Below the pieces are notes generated by a model. The model did not search any database. It was not told the DNA's origin and saw only the letters and a list, made by a program, of their open reading frames with translations. From Tepidiforma sp. (GTDB lineage Bacteria; Chloroflexota; Dehalococcoidia; Tepidiformales; Tepidiformaceae): 64,000 nucleotides of DNA. The stretch lies in NCBI GenBank assembly GCA_026003935.1, contig BPIE01000002.1:127906-191905 (forward strand), read 5' to 3'. This document shows, piece by piece, positions 57,610 to 64,000 of this stretch; positions within the stretch are counted from its first letter, which is position 1, and each line of letters begins with the position of its first letter. A program made the translations under genes and the position numbers.

Positions 57610-58857
57610 ATGCTGACACGTCGACAGTTTGTCAGGGGCGCGGTTTCGCTGGTGAGCATCGGAACGACGTCCCACTCACTTCTAAAAGGGGCGGTCGCGT
57701 TTGCGGGGATGCACCCGGAGAGTGTCCGTGCTGCCGGTGCAGACCGGGTGCTCGTGCTCGTCCAGCTCGCGGGCGGTAACGATGGGCTGAACACGGTGGT
57801 GCCGTTCGCCGACGGGGCCTACCGTTCCGCACGAACGACGCTGGCGGTGCCCGAGGGCGAGGTGCTCCCGATAGGCGACGGGATGGGGTTCCACTCGTCG
57901 ATGCAGCGGCTGCATGAGCTCTGGCAACGCGGAAAGCTGGCCGTGGTGCAGGGCGTCGGCTATCCGAATCAGAACTACAGCCATTTCAAGTCGATGGCGA
58001 TCTGGCAGGCTGGAGACCCGGAGGTGCGGCTCGACACCGGCTGGCTTGGGCGGACGCTGGAAGCGCTCGAGGATGCCGAGCACGACCCGTTCCTTGGGTT
58101 CAACGTGGGCACGGCGCCCGCCAGGGAGCTGTATTCGCCGGAGGTGGCGGTCCCTACGGTGAGTGACCCCGACCAGTACGGCGTGGCATTCGGGGGCGAA
58201 ACGGTGCCCGGGACGGACCCGAGGGTTCGCACGCTGATGAAGCTGTACGAGCAGTACCCGGCGGCTTCGCCGCACGGCGTGCTCCTTGAAACCACGGCTG
58301 AGACGGCCGTGGCGAGCGCGGAGCTGCTCAGGGAGGCACACCAGCGGTACACGCCAGCGGTGACGTATCCGGAGACCTCGTTCGGCGCCGGGCTGCAGGT
58401 GCTCGCGGAGGCGATCGTCGGCGGACTGGGGATGCGCGTCGGGCACATCACGCTGGGCGGATTCGACACCCACAGCGACCAGGCCGACCGTCACGTGGAA
58501 CTGCTGCAAACGCTCGATGAGGGGCTGGCGGCGTTTTATGCGGACCTCGCCGCCCAGGGGCATGCGGACCGGGTGATGGTGCTGACGTGGAGTGAGTTCG
58601 GCCGCAGGGTTGCAGAGAACGCGAACGGGGGCACCGATCACGGCGCTGCGAGTGTGGTGTTTGCGCTCGGCGGGCAGGTCCGGGGAGGGCTCTATGGCGA
58701 ACGTCCGCGGCTCGACCAGCTGGTCGACAACGGCAACCTGGGCTACACGACGGATTTCCGGCGCGTCTATGCGACGGTCATTGAGAACTGGTTCGGAGTG
58801 CCGCATGAGCCCCTGATGGGGCAGCGCTGGGAGCCACTGGGCTTCGCCAGCGCGTAG
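57610..58857 (+). CDS. DUF1501 family protein (Tat substrate)
   Basis: TRRQFV, QLAGGNDGLN, SHF, GGFDTH, SEFGRR, GTDHG. Confidence 0.88.
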   Translation: MLTRRQFVRGAVSLVSIGTTSHSLLKGAVAFAGMHPESVRAAGADRVLVLVQLAGGNDGLNTVVPFADGAYRSARTTLAVPEGEVLPIGDGMGFHSSMQRLHELWQRGKLAVVQGVGYPNQNYSHFKSMAIWQAGDPEVRLDTGWLGRTLEALEDAEHDPFLGFNVGTAPARELYSPEVAVPTVSDPDQYGVAFGGETVPGTDPRVRTLMKLYEQYPAASPHGVLLETTAETAVASAELLREAHQRYTPAVTYPETSFGAGLQVLAEAIVGGLGMRVGHITLGGFDTHSDQADRHVELLQTLDEGLAAFYADLAAQGHADRVMVLTWSEFGRRVAENANGGTDHGAASVVFALGGQVRGGLYGERPRLDQLVDNGNLGYTTDFRRVYATVIENWFGVPHEPLMGQRWEPLGFASA

Positions 58858-58889
58858 CCCGGCCGCGGGGGTGGCGTAGAATCGCTGGC

Positions 58890-59411
58890 GTGGAACTGGC
58901 CCGATTCATCCGGAGTATTCCCGATTTTCCGCGCCCCGGCATCCTGTTCCGGGACATTACGCCGCTGCTGGGCGACCCGGGGGCGTTTCGGTCGGCGCTC
59001 GATGCGCTGACGGCGCTGGCGCGGGACTCGGGCGCGGGGGCGATCGTCGGGATTGAATCGCGCGGGTTCCTCTTCGGCGCACCGATTGCCGACCGTCTTG
59101 GGCTGCCGTTCGTGCCGGTCCGCAAGGAGGGAAAGCTGCCTGCAGCGCGGCTGACGGTGGAGTATGCGCTTGAATACGGGGAGTCGCGGCTGGACATTCA
59201 CCAGGACGCGCTGGCTCCCGGCACGGCGGCGTACATCGTGGACGACGTGCTGGCCACGGGCGGGACGGCGCTGGCAACCGCGAAGCTCGTGGAGCTGCTC
59301 GGGGCAAGGGTGTGCGGCATGGGGTTCCTGATCGAGCTGGCCGGTCTCGGCGGGCGGGAGCGGCTCGGTGCGTATGCGGTGGAAGCGGTGCTGCGGTTCG
59401 AGGAGGCGTGA
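58890..59411 (+). CDS. apt: Adenine phosphoribosyltransferase
   Basis: IPDFPRPGILFRDITPLL, ESRGF, RKEGKLP, LEYG, VDDVLATGGT. Confidence 0.96.
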   Translation: MELARFIRSIPDFPRPGILFRDITPLLGDPGAFRSALDALTALARDSGAGAIVGIESRGFLFGAPIADRLGLPFVPVRKEGKLPAARLTVEYALEYGESRLDIHQDALAPGTAAYIVDDVLATGGTALATAKLVELLGARVCGMGFLIELAGLGGRERLGAYAVEAVLRFEEA

Positions 59412-59412
59412 G

Positions 59413-60450
59413 GTGGAGCCGTTCCCGGTCATCCGGTTCGAACCGCCGACGCTGCACGTGCTCGACCAGGTGGGGCTGCCGCACGAGGAGCGGTGGCTGG
59501 CGCTGACCCGGCTCGATGAGCTCGAGGAGGCGATTCGCGCGCTCCGGGTTCGCGGGGCGCCGCTACTCGGGCTTTGCGGGGCGGCGGGGGTGGCAATGGC
59601 AGCAGGTCATGACCCGGGCGATGATGCGCTGCGAGCCGCGGCGGAGCGCATCGCGGCCGTGCGGCCGACCGCGGTGGAGTTGGCCACGGGGGCCGGTGCA
59701 TGCCTCGCAGCGGCGCTGGCAGTCCCGCCGGGAGAACGGGCGAAGACGGCGTGGGCGTTCTGCCGCGAGTATTTCCGGCGGCGGCAGGAGGAGGACCGGG
59801 AGCTTGCGGAGGTCGGGGCAGAGATGCTGCCGGCTGGGGACGTGCTGACCCACTGCAACACGGGGACGCTGGCGACGGGCGGCATCGGAACGGCCCTCGG
59901 GGTGGTTCGCGCGGCGCATGCGCGGGGCAAGCTCGGCACGTGTTACGTGACCGAGACGCGGCCGCTGCTGCAGGGTGCTCGGCTCACGGCCTGGGAACTG
60001 CAGCGGTCGGGTATCCCTGCGATGCTGCTCCCCGACACGGCGGCCGCATCGCTCGTAGTGAGCGGAAGGGTTGCCTCGGTGGTGACAGGGGCGGACCGCA
60101 TTGCGATGAATGGCGACACCGCGAACAAGGTGGGGACGCTGGGGCTGGCGCTCGCGGCAGCGCGCGGCGGGGTCCCGTTTTACATCGCTGCGCCGACGAG
60201 CACGATAGACCCAAAGTGCAAGACCGGCGCGGGGATTCCGATCGAGTTCCGGCCTGAAACGGAGGTCGGCGGCTATGGCAGCGTGCGCTGGGCGCCGGAC
60301 GGGGTCCCAGCGTGGAACCCGGCCTTCGATGTCACGCCGGCGGAGCTCATTTCGGGCATTGTCACGGAGCGGGGCGTGGCGCGTGCACCGTATCGCGAAA
60401 GCCTTGCCCGGCTGTTCCGGGCGACCACGGGGGAGCCAAGCGATGGATGA
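59413..60450 (+). CDS. mtnA: Methylthioribose-1-phosphate isomerase
   Basis: LDQ..LP, VRGAP, RPTAV, LTHCNTGTLAT, ETRPLLQGARLT, GADRI..NGD.ANKVGT, NPAFDVTP. Confidence 0.93.
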   Translation: MEPFPVIRFEPPTLHVLDQVGLPHEERWLALTRLDELEEAIRALRVRGAPLLGLCGAAGVAMAAGHDPGDDALRAAAERIAAVRPTAVELATGAGACLAAALAVPPGERAKTAWAFCREYFRRRQEEDRELAEVGAEMLPAGDVLTHCNTGTLATGGIGTALGVVRAAHARGKLGTCYVTETRPLLQGARLTAWELQRSGIPAMLLPDTAAASLVVSGRVASVVTGADRIAMNGDTANKVGTLGLALAAARGGVPFYIAAPTSTIDPKCKTGAGIPIEFRPETEVGGYGSVRWAPDGVPAWNPAFDVTPAELISGIVTERGVARAPYRESLARLFRATTGEPSDG

Positions 60451-61318
60451 ACGGATTCCGCTGGCGGTGATTGGAGGCTCGGGATTCTACGAGATGCCCG
60501 GGCTGGAGGAGGTGGACGAGGTCGCGGTCGAGACGCCCTTCGGGCCGCCAAGCGACCGGATTCGCATCGGGCGGCTTGGCGGGGTGCGGGTGGCGTTCCT
60601 CGCGCGGCATGGGCGCCGGCACACCATCCTCCCCTCTGAGATTCCGCAGCGGGCGAACTTCTGGGCCCTGAAGCGGCTGGGCGTTGAGCGGGTGCTTTCG
60701 GTCTCTGCGGTCGGGAGCCTGCGGGAGGCGTATGCGCCGGGGCACCTTGTGGTGCCGTCGCAGCTGATCGACCGGACGTGGGGCCGTCCATCGACGTTTT
60801 TCGGCGAGGGGCTGGTGGCGCACATCAGTTTTGCCGACCCGTTCTGCCCGCAGATGCGGGCTGCGGCGCTGGAGGCTGCGCGGGAGGCGGGCGCGACGGT
60901 GCACGATGGGGGCGTGTACGTGGTGATGCAGGGGCCGGCGTTCTCGACGAGAGCCGAGAGCGAGCTGCACCGGGCCTGGGGGGCAGACCTCATCGGGATG
61001 ACCGCGCTGCCGGAGGCGAAGCTGGCGCGGGAGGCGGAGCTCTGCTACGCGACGCTGGCGTGCGTGACGGATTACGATTGCTGGCATGCATCGGAGGCTG
61101 CGGTGGATGCCGCGACGGTGTTCGAGACGCTGCGCCGGAATGTGGCGGTGAGCCAGGAGGCGGTGCGCAGGCTCGTTTCGGCGCTGCCAGCGCGGGACGA
61201 CTGCCCGTGCGGCACTGCGCTGGATTCGGCCATCGTGGCGCCGCGAGAAGCGGTGCCGGCGACGGTCCAGGAACGGCTGGGGCCGGTGCTTGCGCGGTGG
61301 CTGGGGGCGGGGCGATGA
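60443..61318 (+). CDS. mtnP: 5'-methylthioadenosine phosphorylase
   Basis: IGGSG, TPFG.PS, RHG..H, SAVGSL, GPAFSTRAES, GMT..PEAKLAREAE, TDYDCW. Confidence 0.93.
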   Translation: MDERIPLAVIGGSGFYEMPGLEEVDEVAVETPFGPPSDRIRIGRLGGVRVAFLARHGRRHTILPSEIPQRANFWALKRLGVERVLSVSAVGSLREAYAPGHLVVPSQLIDRTWGRPSTFFGEGLVAHISFADPFCPQMRAAALEAAREAGATVHDGGVYVVMQGPAFSTRAESELHRAWGADLIGMTALPEAKLAREAELCYATLACVTDYDCWHASEAAVDAATVFETLRRNVAVSQEAVRRLVSALPARDDCPCGTALDSAIVAPREAVPATVQERLGPVLARWLGAGR

Positions 61319-62228
61319 GCCTCCTCATAGCCGGCTGGGTGGCGATCGATGAGATCGAAACGCCATTCGAGCGGCGTGAGGGGTCGCTCGGGGGTTCGGC
61401 GACGTGTGCCGCTTTGGCGGCGTCGCTTTTCACCGACGTGCGGCTGCTGGCAGCGGTTGGGGAGGACTTCCCGGACGAGATGCGGCGGACACTCGAACGG
61501 CCGGGCATCGACCTTGCGGGGCTGGAGGTTGTGCCGGGCGGCGAAACGAGCCGCTGGGGCGGGCGGTACCACTACGACATGAACACCCGGGACACGCTGT
61601 ACACCGTGCTCGGGGTGAACGCGTCGTGGGAACCGCGGCTGCCTGCGGGCTGGGAGCATTCGACGGGGTTGTTCGCTGCGGCCGGCGACCCGGTGCTCCA
61701 GCAGCGGTTGATGGCGATGGTGCCGGGCGCGCGGGCGAGGATGGTGGACACCATCAAGTTCTTCATCGATGGCGCCCGGGATGAGCTGTTGCGGGCGATC
61801 AGGACGGCCGATTTCGTGTCTATCAACGAGAGCGAGGCGCGGGAGCTCGCGGGCATGCCGAGCATCGCGAAGGCGGGCCGGGCGCTCCTCAACGGGGGCA
61901 CCAAAGCGGTGATCATCAAGCTGGGGGAGTACGGTGCGGCCTACATCAGCGGGGAGGACTACTTCGTGGCGCCGGGCTACCCGCTGGAGGAGGTCGTGGA
62001 CCCGACAGGTGCAGGGGACGCCTTCGCGGGCGGATTCATGGGGTACCTTGACTCGGTCGGGACCATCGACCAGCGCGCCATCCGCCAGGCCATCATCTAC
62101 GGTTCGACGGTGGCGTCCTTCTGCGTGGAGGGGTTTGGGCCGACGCGCCTCCTGACGCTGGAGCGTGAGGAGGTGGAGCAGCGATACCGGCAGTTCCGGG
62201 CGCTGACGCATTTCGAGGTCGATGGCTG

Positions 62229-62229
<1 letters not shown>
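61315..62229 (+). CDS. PfkB-family carbohydrate/nucleoside kinase
   Basis: LGGSA, VGEDF, INESEA, IKLGEYGA, DPTGAGDAFAGG. Confidence 0.9.

Positions 62230-64000
<1,771 letters not shown>

Overview
High-GC chromosomal window with no integrase, transposase, prophage or CRISPR array. Gene content and protein style suggest a Chloroflexota bacterium, probably Dehalococcoidia/Tepidiforma-like (inference, not verified). It holds about 65 CDSs and 4 tRNAs (Val-GAC, Thr-TGT, Tyr-GTA, Thr-GGT). Main blocks: the tRNA-tuf-rpmG-secE-nusG...rplK-rplA block, split by an inverted peptide-type ABC cassette; tlyA-nadK-recN; an apt-mtnA-mtnP-pfkB-GNAT-ahcY SAM by-product salvage operon; arsM with a double operator; and many CoA/redox enzymes. 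The most striking signal is upstream of an AlaT/YugH-type aminotransferase: an unannotated, nearly leaderless 23-codon ORF with 8 consecutive Ala codons (2425-2496), followed by mutually exclusive 1:2 / 2:3 / 3:4 hairpins, i.e. a candidate alanine-sensing ribosome-mediated attenuator. Other oddities: a frameshifted E2-like protein lacking both catalytic residues next to lipB, an abrupt codon-usage switch inside tuf (gene conversion or chimera), a Zn-free L33 in the core operon, and widespread leaderless genes.
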